Origin: Phyllosticta citribraziliensis
Taxonomy: Eukaryota
Reading direction: 5' to 3'
DNA: 64,000 bases
Assembly: GCF_038025025.1 (NCBI RefSeq)
Contig: NW_027117344.1
Span: 1,302,001 to 1,366,000 of the forward strand
The position numbers and the translations under genes are program-made. Below are positions 1 to 12,559 of the stretch, piece after piece. Under the pieces are notes generated by a model, which did no database searches, had not been told where the DNA came from, and worked only from the letters and a program-made list of their open reading frames with translations. Every line of letters begins with the position of its first letter. Within the stretch, counting starts at the first letter, position 1.

Positions 1-154
1 TGCTCGACTTGACTTTGCTTTCTCGCTGGCGTCCTTCTGATTCTTGAGCGGAGAGGAACATGGGTTTGCATGGCTGGGTATTCCAGGATCTGAGGAACTG
101 GTCGTCTTTGTAATCTCATTTATTGATGTAGTCTGTTGAGGAGACGAGTGCCAT
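1..154 (-). CDS. possible 5' end of a gene running off the window (unknown product)
   Basis: ATG at 154 in AAAGCCATGG context; frame stays open (MALVSSTDYINNEITKTT...) to the window edge; no recognisable domain. Confidence 0.3.
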
Positions 155-475
155 GGCTTTAGCAAGCTGCCGATTGGTCTTGGATAAGTAGTAGAACTTC
201 CCGATGTATCGTGAAGAGCCGCCACGGATTTCGTCCTCTCACTGCGAGCACCATCGGGCCGGGTGTACAAGAGGATGGAGGCGTGACGCAGCCCTGGGAT
301 TGATCCCATAACCGCGGACTATCTTTGCGACTTGTGGCGCAGACAAGCGCCAAGCGCAGGAATGAATCCGAGTGAGGCGCCCCGCCCCAGTCCATCAGTG
401 ACATAATACAACCCCAGCCAAATTGACGGGGGTAGAGTGAATGCAAAGAGGGTGCAATAAAATTTGGAGTGTCGT

Positions 476-1508
476 CTACTTTTCGAGACCCCTAGCCTTG
501 ATGAATCGGTTGATTTGATCTTTGCAGAGCTTCTCGTTGTACGTCTCCCACACCTCGTACAAGGATATAAACTCCTGCACGCAATCCGCCACAGCATCAA
601 TGTCGATGGTCGTCTCGGCAAGCCAGTTCATGATGTGCTGGACACGGGCCGGCGAGCCACCGCCGCTACCACCGCCGCCAACAGCCGTTCCTCCGGCCGC
701 TGCCCCGCCCGCGTTGGCTAGATTGGCCATGGCTGACTGCATGTTTGCGGCCGAGAGCATGGTGAGGCCGGCCTGAGCCTGGGGCGGGCCGATGGTGACG
801 GCAAGCACCATGGCGGTCACGGCAATGACGGGAGGCGGATGCAGCAGCGGCATGTCTGTTAGATAGTGGTCGTTGATGAGGTACTCGGCGACAGAGTGCT
901 CTTCGTGCGTCAGCTTCCAGCCATTTTCCAAGTCGATGAGGCTGCGGTATGGATGGTGGATGATGAGTTGCGAATTAAGCTCTGAAATGATGTGGAATTC
1001 GCATTCACCAAGCTTCGACGTGTCTGGGAGATTGATGTCTGGAGAGCGATGGTTAGCACTGGAATTGTCGTAGCTTGAAGGGGAGAAACGTGCCTTGCCA
1101 GGCTTGTTTGGCTTCGCCTAGGATCATCCGGATGTGCTGTGGGCTTTCCTCCATTTTGCACGCCAGATACAGTGCCGTCACAAGGACGAGATTTGGATTG
1201 GTCCTTCGTATCTCAACCTTGGTGTACACACGGCGGATGTACACTTGAGCAGTTGCCACTGCCTGTTGGCTTAGTTTTAATCGTCGCACGAGTTTATTCA
1301 ATTCTGGGCCTGTCAGCAAACACACGGTGAGGCCACGGGGCCACGCACGGGAAGAAAAATAGACGCTCAGTAGACGCCGATCCGGCAAGGCAAACTTTTG
1401 CACAAGCTCCTTGTTTTCATCTTCCAAGCTGCGTCGTATGAGAGCGAGCTTGGGTTTTGAAAAGGTCCAAAACCGACACTGAGTCGAGTTCCAATAGTTG
1501 GCCGCCAT
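476..1508 (-). CDS. SSN8: cyclin C, Mediator kinase-module subunit (3 exons)
   Basis: MAANYWNSTQ start, ATAQVYIRR and ALYLACKMEESPQHIR cyclin-C motifs. Introns 1304-1348 and 1039-1093 (GC-AG) restore ...SKLGECEFHIISELNSQLIIHHPYRSL. Confidence 0.95.
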
Positions 1509-2059
1509 AGTGTATGGAACGTCCGCTTGCGAGAAGCCGACAGTGTCACGTAGAGGCTCTCGGCATTACGACGAGTAGAAATGGGTCAAGACGAGCAGGT
1601 GCAAAGGGACGGGCTCGGTGATGGATGGCATCAAAAAGGAAGGGGGAGCATGAAGCCAGACGTTGTCGAGCGGTCAAACCCAACAGGCTTCACCAGGCAC
1701 GGAAACGAAGACGTGAAACAAAAAAGCGAAACGGCCGGTTTCCTGGATCGTGAAGACGGCGAGATGCAGTGGTGTTGATGTTGTCGAGGCTGACCGCCCT
1801 CGGCTGTTCTGTTTGCGCGAGCATGGATGACAAAGGACGGCGCATCAGTGGCCTCCGGTTCCCAGGTAACTTCACTCGTCCAGCACAGAGCCCCGCCAGC
1901 CCTCTGCGTGTTTCCCTATGCCCTCCCTTTGCGCCGACCGCCACTCGTTCGACCTCGACCTCATCCTGTAGGCCGGCCTCTCTTCGCTCCGCCGAGTGAC
2001 ATGGACCTGGAAAAGCTCAGATAGAGCGGCGCCCAGTTTTTCGCGGTCTCGGTGACAAC

Positions 2060-4214
2060 ATGGATCCCGGGTCCGCAGCTGCGCAACAAGCCCAAGATGC
2101 GCGAGTTCAGGCACTGTGGGAGCAGCTGGACACCAAGCGACAAGGCCAACTCGACCTGAGCGCTCTAAAGAGAGGGCTGAGGAAGATCGATCACCGTACG
2201 TGGGGCTGCCCGCTCCCCTCCTCCGACAGCCCATGTGCGAGTCCGCGCTGACCCTCCCTGCAGCCCTAAAGAACGCCGACGACCTCCTCAAGGATGTCCT
2301 CAAGAGCGTGGACACGGATGGCAACGGCAAGATATCCTACGATGGTTAGCCAGCTTCTCGACTCGAACACGCCTCTCATCGCGGTACCCAGGCTGACTTC
2401 CAAGCGAAGAATTCCGCGTCTTTGTCAAGCAGACCGAGCAAGAGCTGTGGCTGCTGTTCAAGAGCATTGATCACAATCGCGATGGAAAGCTGGACAAGGA
2501 CGAACTACAAAGCGCGTTCCTACGCGCTGGCTTGATTGTGCCCAACTCGAAGCTGAACCGCTTCTTTACCGAAGTTGACGCGAACAATGACGGGGCAATT
2601 AGTTTTGACGAATGGCGGTAGGTCAAGTGCCAAATTACGGTCCAAAGTGAAATCGACTCTGAACTGTGCCCGTAGAAACTTTTTGCTCTTCATGCCCGCG
2701 GAGCACCCTAGCCTCAAGGCAGTCCTGTCGTACTACTCCTCAACGATTCTCATGACACCGGAAGGCGACGTCGCCGTTACCGAAGAAAAGATTTCCAATG
2801 GCCTAGGTACTCTTGCACACCTCTTGTTTGGTTCGCTTATGAGAATCGTTGAACCTCCCAAACCTCCCCGTCGACTCCCCCACCCTTCAGCACAGCTCGA
2901 CAGCGAGACGTCTCCAGCTCCGATGCTGCCTCTTCATCAGGCAAATGCTCAGCAAGGCCTCCAGCCTGAAGTAGAAGTCGTCGAATTGGCGACCGACGTC
3001 TGCGCCGACGCAACTTTTTGGCGAAAGCATGTGGAGCCGGTGCTGATTGCTTGTGTCCCAAATCCAGGATACTTCGTGGCGGGAGGCCTTGCTGGCATCA
3101 TCTCGCGCACAACGACCGCTCCGCTCGATCGACTAAAGGTCTACCTCATCGCACAAATCCGAAACACGGACACGGCCGTCAAGGCAGCAAAATCTGGTGC
3201 TGCCCTAACCGCTCTGAAGCAAGGCACTGAATCTCTGGTCTCTGCGACAAAAGAGCTGTGGGCCGCGGGTGGAATCCGCAGTCTTTATGCAGGTGAGCTC
3301 AGAATCTGGTTCAGACTGGGAGAACGGTCCTCTTACGCAGACAGGAAACGGCTTGAATGTTGTCAAGGTCATGCCAGAATCAGCCGTTAAATTTGGCGCA
3401 TTCGAGGTAAGCCGAAACTGAATGACATCTTCTGGACCACGGCTAAAGTTCCAAGGCCTCAAAACGGCTGTTTGCCAAGATTGAGGGTCACAATAACCCG
3501 AGAGAAATTCACACCTGGTCAAAATTCATGTCCGGTGGGTTTGGAGGAATGGTTTCACAGTCAGCATGTCCCTGTCCCACAACACGAAAGTCTTACTAAT
3601 GTCGGCCAGGTTTTGCGTATATCCACTTGACACACTAAAGTTGTAAGTAGTAGATACGATCTTCTGGCTGCGTGTGGTACTAACAAGCCCCTAGTCGCAT
3701 GCAGTGCGAAACAGTGTCGGGCGGTCTTCATGGAAACGCCCTCATCATCGACACGGCCAAGAAGATGTGGGCAAAAGACGGCATGAGAGCATTCTACCGT
3801 GGGCTGCCAATGGGCCTTCTGGGCATCTTCCCTTACGCGGCCATCGACCTTGGCACGTTTGAGTATCTCAAGCGCTTTGTGACGGCACGCAAAGCAAGGA
3901 GACTTCACTGCCACGAGGAACAAGCCGAGCCGGGGAGCTTCATGACGGCATTCATTGGAGGTTTCAGCGGCGCCTTTGGAGCAAGCCTGGTTTACCCCCT
4001 CAACCTCCTTCGCACCAGACTTCAGAGCCAGGGCACCGTCCTCCACCCCCGAACCTACACTGGCATCGCAGATGTCACGCGCCAGACGATCAAGGGCGAG
4101 GGAGTCCGCGGCCTGTTCAAGGGCTTGACACCCAACTTGCTCAAAGTGGTCCCTGCCGTGTCCATCACCTATGTGGTGTATGAGCAGTCCAAGAAGGCCC
4201 TCCACTTGCACTGA
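2060..4214 (+). CDS. SAL1: EF-hand Ca2+-binding mitochondrial ATP-Mg/Pi carrier (multi-exon)
   Basis: N-terminal EF-hands (DTDGNGKISYDE, DHNRDGKLDKDE, DANNDGAISFDE) and three carrier signatures (APLDRLK, YPLDTLK, YPLNLLR). GT-AG introns 2196-2263, 2345-2409, 2618-2675, 3293-3344, 3407-3455, 3560-3609, 3643-3694; possibly also 2807-3067. Confidence 0.93.
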
Positions 4215-5480
4215 GCATGGCTGCTCCCCGCGCTCTCACGCGAACATGTGGTCGACTTCTCCCTTTACGCCTCAGTATATTGTGTCGCATGCTCCCTGCG
4301 CTTAGGCGCTAGCACAGCTGAACGCTCCCCACGCTCGCGCGTCGATGCCATGGGGTGCTTCTAGCGCGCATCTCTCTACAGGGACATACTCCCTGAGTCT
4401 ACTATATACCATGGGGCCGAATGCTCCTCGCGCCACCTCTTACATACGGCTGACAGCTCCCTGTGGGCCGCCTTTCACGAGATACCCTACGCTTTTACTG
4501 TATTATATATACACGCAGCTGCTGCTCCTATCCTTGGACCCACAGCGTTGTTGTGCGGGAGCATGATTATCCTTTTTGAATCCAGTAGCCATGGCGTATC
4601 GGACCACCAATGGTGAATGTCAAATTCTATGATCAGAGACAGGAATGGATGAGATGGAGTGGTGGATGTGCGGATGGATGGAGGTGTAGGAAAGACAGAC
4701 GTCTGGCTCGCCCAGACAGCCTGCATGCCTGCCTGCCAAAGCAGGGAACGGCGCGGGATTTCCTTCGGATTCTTCTTGGTTCTTTTGTCTCCTCTGCGTC
4801 GTCGTCGTTACACTAGAGATCTGCCACGGCTGACCCGACATATCCAAGGTACTTAATCCTCCTTTTGTATGGGTCTGCTTTGCCACTGCCTTTCACCTCT
4901 GAATTAGGCGCCACCGCTTGTTGCGCACTGCCATTGGGTTCGCGGGAGGACGGACGGACGGACAGACGGGTAGTCAGGGGTGCCAAAGAGCAAGCGCACA
5001 GGCTTGATGAATTGGGCGAGACATGCATAGAGCGAGACGCGTGAGGAGGCGGATGAGGCGCTAGGAAGGGCCCGCCAGCGTAACACACAACCAAGGGGAA
5101 AACCAAGACTTGGATTCAATCAAGACCCCTCTTGCCCAGTTGGAGGACCAGCAGCGTCAACGGTCGCCCCGACCGGCCCAACCGTTTGTTTTGCGTGTGT
5201 GTGGGTGTTGTGTGGCCGGGGAAATAAAAGAGTCAAACATGCTAGAGCCGTTTGTCCAACTACTAGCCAAACCAACCAAAAAAGATTTCCGTCCACATTG
5301 TCTCAAATCAGTCGAGCACAGGAACCGCCGGAAAAACGCCCGTTCCAACGCCCTGCCCATGCCTAAACGCCTGCGTGTCTATCGTCTGTACCGCCAAGTT
5401 TAGGAAACAGCTTCTACAGCGTACACTTATAGTCAAATCTGTTTTTTCTTCTTTTTTTTTTTTTTGCCCCTGTACCCTCG

Positions 5481-6426
5481 TCACTTGGTGATGGCGATCA
5501 ACAAGACCAGAATCACTATCAACACGATGATGATGGTCATGCTCCAGTTCTCGCGGGCTCGGCGGCCCACCCGCGCCAGCCGCCTGCCCGCGCGATCGAG
5601 CTGCGACTGGTGCCTGTCAACGCCCTCCTCGACGTCGTCGAGCATCATGACGTGGCTGTCAAGCTCGTCGCCAATTTGCATACTCAACTCCCGTTGCCGG
5701 CCGATGCTTTCGCCCAGCCGGTCCAGCTGCTCATCTTGTTCTCGCAGCACATTCTTGTGGTAGGCGTGTATCTGTTGGTTTGAATATTGCGATTGGTCCT
5801 CGGCTTCTTCTTCGGATGGGTCGTCGCGGTAGGGAAAGAGAATGGCGCGATTGGGGTCGATCTCTTGAGCGTCGGGGTCCGTGTCGTCATCGGTAAAGCG
5901 AACGGCCTTGTTCTTGCTGGGGCGCGAGGCGGACATGGAGGAGCGGCTTTGAGCGGCGGCAAAATCAGACGCGAGCGAAGGGTTGTTGGGAGATGAGACT
6001 GTGTTGGAGGGAGGGGAGGCATTGGAGGCGGGCGCGTCGAATTGCGCGGATAGGTCCGAGTATTGCGAGCGCAGGCGAGAGACTTGGTCCTGGAGGGATC
6101 TGTCGTGGCGAGGAGGTTGGTGGTCAGCAGAGCAGGGCGGATGATGGAGCGGGATTGATTGGAACGTAGGGGCAGAGGTCGCGGGTTGCGATCCAAGGTA
6201 GTGGGTTGTGGATGGGTGTGGAGGGTGGGGTGACGGACTCGTCCGGGTTCTGGGAGAGCTGGGCTTCGAGGGCTCGGATGCCCGAGTCGAGCGACTCGAG
6301 CGAGCGGGAAATCTGGCCGTCGTGCGAGTTTGGGGCGAGGTTCAGAGACACGGCGCGTTGACGCTCCAGTAGCGACAGCTTGACGTGGTCTGCAAGGAGA
6401 AACAGCTGGGCCGGGTTGGCGGCCAT
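5481..6426 (-). CDS. SYN8: Qc-SNARE, syntaxin-8/Syn8-like (2 exons)
   Basis: N-terminal LFLLADHVKLSLLERQRA; SNARE motif EQDEQLDRLGESIGRQRELSMQIGDELD; C-terminal TM helix. Intron 6100-6238 joins the exons in frame. Confidence 0.88.
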
Positions 6427-6888
6427 GATGGTGGCTGAGGAGGTGACGAGCGAGGCGGTGGGTGGGCGAAGCAACGGGACGGGACAGGGAGGAGAAGAGG
6501 CCCAGGTGAAGAGAGCGCAGGGGCGGCAATCGGCGGTCAGCGGCGGTCGAGGGAGAATTTGCGATGATGGAGCGCTGGCGGTAGCAGAGACCTGAGGAAT
6601 GTAAGGTGCGGAGCCGTGGTGTCGCACGTCAAGTCGGCAGTTCGGCGTCTGCCCGTCCCCGGATCATCCCGGACGGGCGCTAGCCCGCATGCGGCATGGG
6701 CACGGTCCCTTGGCAGCCTCCCGCCGACTCAACCGCAGCGGAACCTCACCTGCAGTCCCAAACTTCAGTCTGAGCAGCATTCCCTTTTGCTCTCTGTGCA
6801 ACGCTCCCGACACGGCGCTTTATAATGCCTGTCCGTCCAGCTCCCGCCGTCTTGCCATCTTGACTTCCATCCACCCTTCATCATCGCC

Positions 6889-8457
6889 ATGGCCGACGAC
6901 CGCAGCTCTCGCAGCTCCAGCGCCTCAAGCCGCGCAGACACTCCGCTGCTGCAGGCCAGCACCGCCGTTTCCATCGAAAACACCGACGACCTGCGTGAGC
7001 TGATCGGTGACGAGCCCCCGGAGCTTATCGTCGGCGCTCCACCCAGTGCCCCGTCTCCTCTCGAACTCCGCGCCTTGACGTCACAGGCTGGCAGGGCCCA
7101 GTCCTTGACGCCTGCAGACTACCGCCAGCTCGACCTGGTCCACCCACCAAACGAGAACCTCATTTGCCGCATTTGTCTGTCACCCTATGTCAAGCCAAGG
7201 ATCCTGACCTGCGAGCACACCTTTTGCGAGGACTGCCTCGACCAGCACATTCAAACCTCCATCCGCCAAAATGACTACGGCAACCGTGCAAAGTGCCCTA
7301 CCTGTCGCCGCACCCTCGACCTCACTACCGAGCCGTACGATGTCTCCAGAATTATCACAAACATGCTGGATGAGATGGTGGTCAACTGCCCCAGCGGCTC
7401 TCTGGGCTGCCAGTGGTCTGGCCAAAGGGGTGACGTGCAAGATCACCTTCACTACTCTTGCCACTACCGAATGGTCGACTGCTCTGCCCGCCACTGCCAG
7501 CACCCAGTCATGGCCAAAGATGTCGAAAAGGGATGTATGCACACCGATGTCTCTTGTGAGCATTGCGGTGAGCGTATGATGGAGATTGAACTCGAGGTAA
7601 GCGCCCTAGTCTTCCTTGTACGACTCGTAGCTGACCCCATTACTTCAAAGAATCACCAGCTGAGGCTCTGCACCAACCTTGTTGACAAGTGCCACTTGTG
7701 CGACGCTGACGTTGTCCGCCGCCTTATCCAATCCCATGTTCAGAACGACTGCCTCAAGGCCACTGTTGCTTGTCCCGGCCAGGAGCTAGGCTGCGATGTC
7801 AAGGCCCCCAGGGAGCACATGGCTGGTCATGAAAAGACTTGCACCATGGTAAAGATGCGTCCCGTTTTCCAGAACATGAAGAGCAGGCAAGAGACTCTTG
7901 AATCGGAAAATTCGAGACTTCGTCGCACCGTGGAGCATCTTCGCAGCAGCCAAAACGCTTTCGAGAACACAATCAACGACATGCAGACCATGGTTGCTTT
8001 GCCTCTTGGGGGTGCAGGCCATGACAATGCTGATGAGCTGGGTAATCCCGACTCCGAAACAGTCCATCAAATGATTGAACAGCACGAAGCGTTGCGCAAC
8101 GAAGTCTCTCGTCTACACGTCGCCATTGCTGAGGCTGAAGCGCGCACCAACATGCAGCTACAAAATGAGATACTTCGACTCAACACGGAAATGGCTCGCT
8201 CCGAGGCTGCCATTGTCGCCATGCGAACACAGCAGCAATGGCTCATCAATACACGTCGCCAAGCAATTGCAAGCCAGATCCGCAGCAACTCGACAACATC
8301 AAGTTCGACCTCGGGTACTTCTCGTGGCTCGGACACTGCAAGCGGCTCCCGTGCCGGCAACGTCAGTGCCGTTGGCAGCTCTTCCGCCTCGAGTTCCAGC
8401 GCTCCTTCTACGGCTCGCCGACTGAGCGACACACTTCGCCAGGAGACCAAGCTTTAG
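6889..8457 (+). CDS. RING finger / TRAF-type zinc finger protein (putative E3 ligase) with coiled coil
   Basis: C3HC4 RING (CRIC...CEHTFCEDC...CPTC), repeated TRAF-type Zn fingers, coiled coil and Ser-rich tail. Likely in-frame intron 7597-7650. Confidence 0.85.
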   Translation: MADDRSSRSSSASSRADTPLLQASTAVSIENTDDLRELIGDEPPELIVGAPPSAPSPLELRALTSQAGRAQSLTPADYRQLDLVHPPNENLICRICLSPYVKPRILTCEHTFCEDCLDQHIQTSIRQNDYGNRAKCPTCRRTLDLTTEPYDVSRIITNMLDEMVVNCPSGSLGCQWSGQRGDVQDHLHYSCHYRMVDCSARHCQHPVMAKDVEKGCMHTDVSCEHCGERMMEIELEVSALVFLVRLVADPITSKNHQLRLCTNLVDKCHLCDADVVRRLIQSHVQNDCLKATVACPGQELGCDVKAPREHMAGHEKTCTMVKMRPVFQNMKSRQETLESENSRLRRTVEHLRSSQNAFENTINDMQTMVALPLGGAGHDNADELGNPDSETVHQMIEQHEALRNEVSRLHVAIAEAEARTNMQLQNEILRLNTEMARSEAAIVAMRTQQQWLINTRRQAIASQIRSNSTTSSSTSGTSRGSDTASGSRAGNVSAVGSSSASSSSAPSTARRLSDTLRQETKL

Positions 8458-9827
8458 TGCTACCTTCCAGCGTCTCTCAACACGAAGAACTCTGTCATAA
8501 TTCGCGAGCAGAGCCTCTCATTCACTCATCTTTCCATCCATCACGTTGGGCTTCCTTCAGATACCCCTACGGTTTTCCCACGCTCGGAGCATAGCTACTC
8601 GGGGACTTTTTCTCCTCCTTTTTCATTTGACTTTCAGTATGGATTTCGGGCGCATAAAATGGAATCATGAGACATGAAGGTCAGAAACGCCGCTGGACGG
8701 GAATTGGACCTCGCTACCGTATGAGCAGCATACCTTATGGGACAGACTGGACTATCTGGCGAATCTTTGGTGGCTTTTTCCTGATTACTTTTCTTTCTCA
8801 TATGGCTACCACACGCCGCTTAGACTTGATAGGCCCTCGCGGGCTACATTTTCTTTTTTGCTTTCTCTTTGCTCTGTAGGGAACGGGCAGGGACTACGGG
8901 TTTTCAACCTTTTTGCCCATGAATGAATGAGACATCTTAACAATCCCTTTTCTCAAACCGTGAGACTTGAGCCGTCTACTGGCTCTCGTGGCCATGGTAG
9001 AGAGAGATAGAACGAGAGAAATTGGAGCGAGGGGTAGAAAGAGACGGACAGGATGGACGTCGTTGGTCTCGGTCGGCTACTTCCGGCCATCCATCTCTTT
9101 ACCTACATGTACCTGGATTGAACCCGCTCACTCATCCCTTGAGTGTCCAATGGACCGGTCGCGTCCATTCCACACTACTCGCCCTACTCCCGACGTTTTC
9201 TTCCCAAAGTCAAGTCGAGATTAGATGTTTCATTTCCACCCCCCTTTACATCTTTGGCGCCCCTCGTGTCGGAGCGTGCGTGCGGCACATGTGGTGTGGT
9301 TAGGTATGCGAGATGCTGACCCCCCGCGCGTGGCATGCGTCGTTTCTTTGTTCTTCACTTTGGTACGTGGATGCCCCCCATGTCCCCGCAATGCTTCTGT
9401 GTAGCTCCATTATTGTCATTCGAGTCCGGAGAGAGTGCCTCAAGGCAGGGTACGTTTGATGTTTAGGAACTTAGGGGTATGTTTGTCTGTTTGTTCATTG
9501 ATGCTGTTGATGCTGCTGCTGCTGCCGCCGCCACCGCGGCCAGTCTGTCTATCTAGGATGACGTGAAGATACCGTGGTATCAGAGGAAACGAAATGAGAA
9601 AAATTGAGAAATGCAGCCTCCAGAGTCTCTTCTAACTTTTAGTTTTGCGCGTGGCCCGGCCCTCAGTCGGACCGCCGCGTCGTCGTCAACGTACTCCAGT
9701 AGGTCGTCATAAATCCAACCAACCGCCCCCCTTTTTGCCATGATCCGTCGTCATCACAGTCATCGCCATCGCGTCATCATTCCCGAGTGCCGAATGAAGA
9801 AGAGAAAAGAAAAGTCATGTTGTGCAT

Positions 9828-11386
9828 CTACTGCGTCGGCTCTTTTCTTTTCCGCGACTCCTCCTTCTCCTTCTCGCCCTCCTGCATCTCCACGTCGTTC
9901 TCGTACCCCTCGACCTTGATGTCCCTGAGGCCAAGGTCCTCCTCTTCTTCCTCGGTGCGCTGGTAGTCCTCGACCGTCATTTGGGCGTCGGGCTCGGGCG
10001 CCGCGAAGCTCTGCACGTAACTGCTGGCGAGCGGGTCCTCGAGGACAATTGTGAATGTGGCGCTGCCGCTAATGGCGTTGTCCAATTCCGCAAAGAAGGC
10101 GTCCCAGCGCGCCTTGGTCGTTGTGTCGATCGAGTCGTGGTTCGCTTCGCTGTCGCCGTAGATGTTGCTGTGCAGGTCGTCGCGGATGTTGCTCAGCAGA
10201 CCCTCGACCGTGGTGAAGCGGCCTCCCAACGTTCCCGGCTCGACTTGGAGATTCAGTTCTGGGCAGCTCATGGCGCAAGACTCGGCCTTGAGAATGTCGC
10301 GCGAGAGGTCCTCCTTGCTGGAAACCTTGAGGGTGATGCGCCGACCCTTGTCCGGCACTTCGCCGCCCGTCTTGACTTCGTTGCTTCGGTAGCCGCAGTG
10401 GTCGCAGACGGTGCTCATGAGCACGACTTGCTTGAAGTAGGGGATATTGACCATCTTCATGTTGGTCGCGCAGGACTTGGTGCAGCCGGGGCAGCTGGCC
10501 GGGAACGAGTAGACCTGGTTCTCGACAATGTCGTCTTCATCGACGTTGTTGACCATGGGCCGTTCAGGTGCCTTGGGGTACATCTGGTTGGCTTGGTACT
10601 CGGGGCGGATGGTGGGCTCTGGTGCAGCAGTGGGCTCAGCAGCACCTTCGGCATTGGCGGTGAGGCCAAGTGCTTCGTTTTGTTCGGGCGATCTCGCATA
10701 GTCATTCTTGACGAGCTTTCCAGCGCTGTCGTTGACAGACGGTTGGATCCACGAGTTGCCCGCAGCGTCATCCAAGGAAACAAGCAGCGGGAACCTCTGG
10801 CCCTCGAACATTTTTTGCAGCGTGTCCAGAATCTCTTGAATTTTGGCAGCCACCTCTGGCACAAGTTGTCTCCGCTCCTCCTGCTTCTGCTCCAAATCGC
10901 CGTGAATCATGCGCAAGATACCCTCGACGTTGGTCAACTGGCCACGACCCGGTGGAATCTCGAGGTCAATGTCCTCTACTCTGAACACGGAAGTATCGCT
11001 CTTGATGACTTGGCGGTTGAGGTCCTCTGTCGTCTCAAGCTTGAAAGTGTACTTTGCGCCGCGCGGTTGGATTTCGCCAGCAGGTTGGATTTCGGCGTTT
11101 TTGAAGCCGCAGTTGGGGCAATCGAAGGACATGATGACGATTTCGCGAAAGTAAGGAATCCTGGTGAGCAGGAGCTTTGTAGTGCCCTAACGGAAAGTCA
11201 GTGAACTTTTTGTTGCGAATTCGCAGCGTGACGTACGTCCTCGTGGCAGTTCATGCACAGACTGTCAATTTCCTCGACGAGTTTTGAGGGTTCACCGTCA
11301 GTCGTCATGTCTGCGCTGGCTTCCTGGACTTTTCGGCCCATGTCCTCGAAGAGGTCCTGCGCGAGGCTCTTTCCTGGGACCGACAT
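9828..11386 (-). CDS. ZPR1: ZPR1 zinc finger protein (2 exons)
   Basis: Two ZPR1 repeats (SLCMNC...IPYFREIVIMSFDCPNCGFKN; CPGC...IPYFKQVVLMSTVCDHCGYRSNEVK; GRFTTVEGLL). Intron 11187-11236. Confidence 0.96.
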
Positions 11387-11687
11387 GGTGAATTTGGCTT
11401 GCGCGGACTGGTTTGTTGGTGTTTGTTTTGCGCGAAAAGAAAGGTTCCAGTGAAATTGTCGAGTGCCAATAATATGCGCAAGGGTATGTGGCAAGAAAAG
11501 GGCGGTGGTGGAGGTCGAGCGCAGGGTTTGAACGATGAGTCTTGGGCTTAGCAAGCCGTCCGGAGTCGAGAGAAGATTCCAGTGCGAAAAGTTATGACGC
11601 GCAGCCGAGCCCCGCCTTGGGCCGTGCGTTGGGTTGAGGCTGGGACCCTTCGTTCGAGGTCATGTCGACGCGCAAAAATATCGCATT

Positions 11688-12302
11688 TCACGCGCTGCGC
11701 ATGAGGTCCATCAGGTCGAGCCCGAAGCCTTGCGATGCTGGTTTGTTTTCCTTCCTGCTGCTTGCCAACATGGCTTGAAGCCCTCCCTTCCGCGCCTTGG
11801 CCCGCTTCTTGCTGCCGACATTGGCCACGCTGGACACCGGTCTTTCCGCAACGGGTTCCACGCCGCTCTCAGACGTCTCTGCTGCTGCGTCGTGGGTTCC
11901 CTTTTTCATCTTGTTCATCCTCGCCTTTGGCGTGGGCAGTGGGATGCGGGTTTCGCTGTGGCATTTGGAGCAGACGTAGACCTTTTCCTTGCCATCGCCA
12001 CCCTTGACAGCTTTCCGGGTGCCTTTTTGCTTTGAAATACGCCCATTCGCTCCATTATCCTGCACTGCAGCAGGCTGCTTCCGCTCTTGCAAAATTCTGC
12101 AAGAGTGACCCGGAATCAGAATGGTCCCACAAGCGCCGCATACTTCCCGTCTTCGCAATTCTGGGACAGCCATGCCATTCTCCACCAGGAGCCGGTCATG
12201 CTGAGCCTCGAGGAACGAAGAGGTTTCTGGCGCCCCAAAAGACAGCAGGCGGGCCGAGTCGTCGAGAAATCTGAGTCGCGCTGAAAAGTCTTTCGTCTCC
12301 AT
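11688..12302 (-). CDS. RPR2: RNase P protein subunit Rpr2/Rpp21 family
   Basis: ARLRFLDDSARLL N-terminus; RRREVCGACGTILIPG ... CSKC zinc ribbon typical of the Rpr2/Rpp21/Snm1 family; basic tail. Confidence 0.82.
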   Translation of the reverse strand: METKDFSARLRFLDDSARLLSFGAPETSSFLEAQHDRLLVENGMAVPELRRREVCGACGTILIPGHSCRILQERKQPAAVQDNGANGRISKQKGTRKAVKGGDGKEKVYVCSKCHSETRIPLPTPKARMNKMKKGTHDAAAETSESGVEPVAERPVSSVANVGSKKRAKARKGGLQAMLASSRKENKPASQGFGLDLMDLMRSA

Positions 12303-12559
12303 TGCAGGTGTTTTCAGTGCCTTTCGCGATCATGCACTGGTGGTCGACGGTAGAGATGTGCGAATTAGCCAGATGAGGGTCGTGGTGTCGAAGAAAGCCC
12401 AGCGGAAGCGTGCAAGGTGGGAGATAATTATTTGGCCAGGTCCCTGCCCTGGCGGCGATCTCCCGAGATGAAAACCTCCGCGGGCGCGACCCGCACGTCC
12501 CCTCGTCGCGTCAACCTTGACAGTCATCGTAACGGAACCCTCTTAGGTTCTGCTTTGCC

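Noticed and set aside
9822..11204. 460-aa plus-strand ORF
   Set aside because: Exact antisense shadow of ZPR1, as expected from GC-rich codon bias; no recognisable domain.
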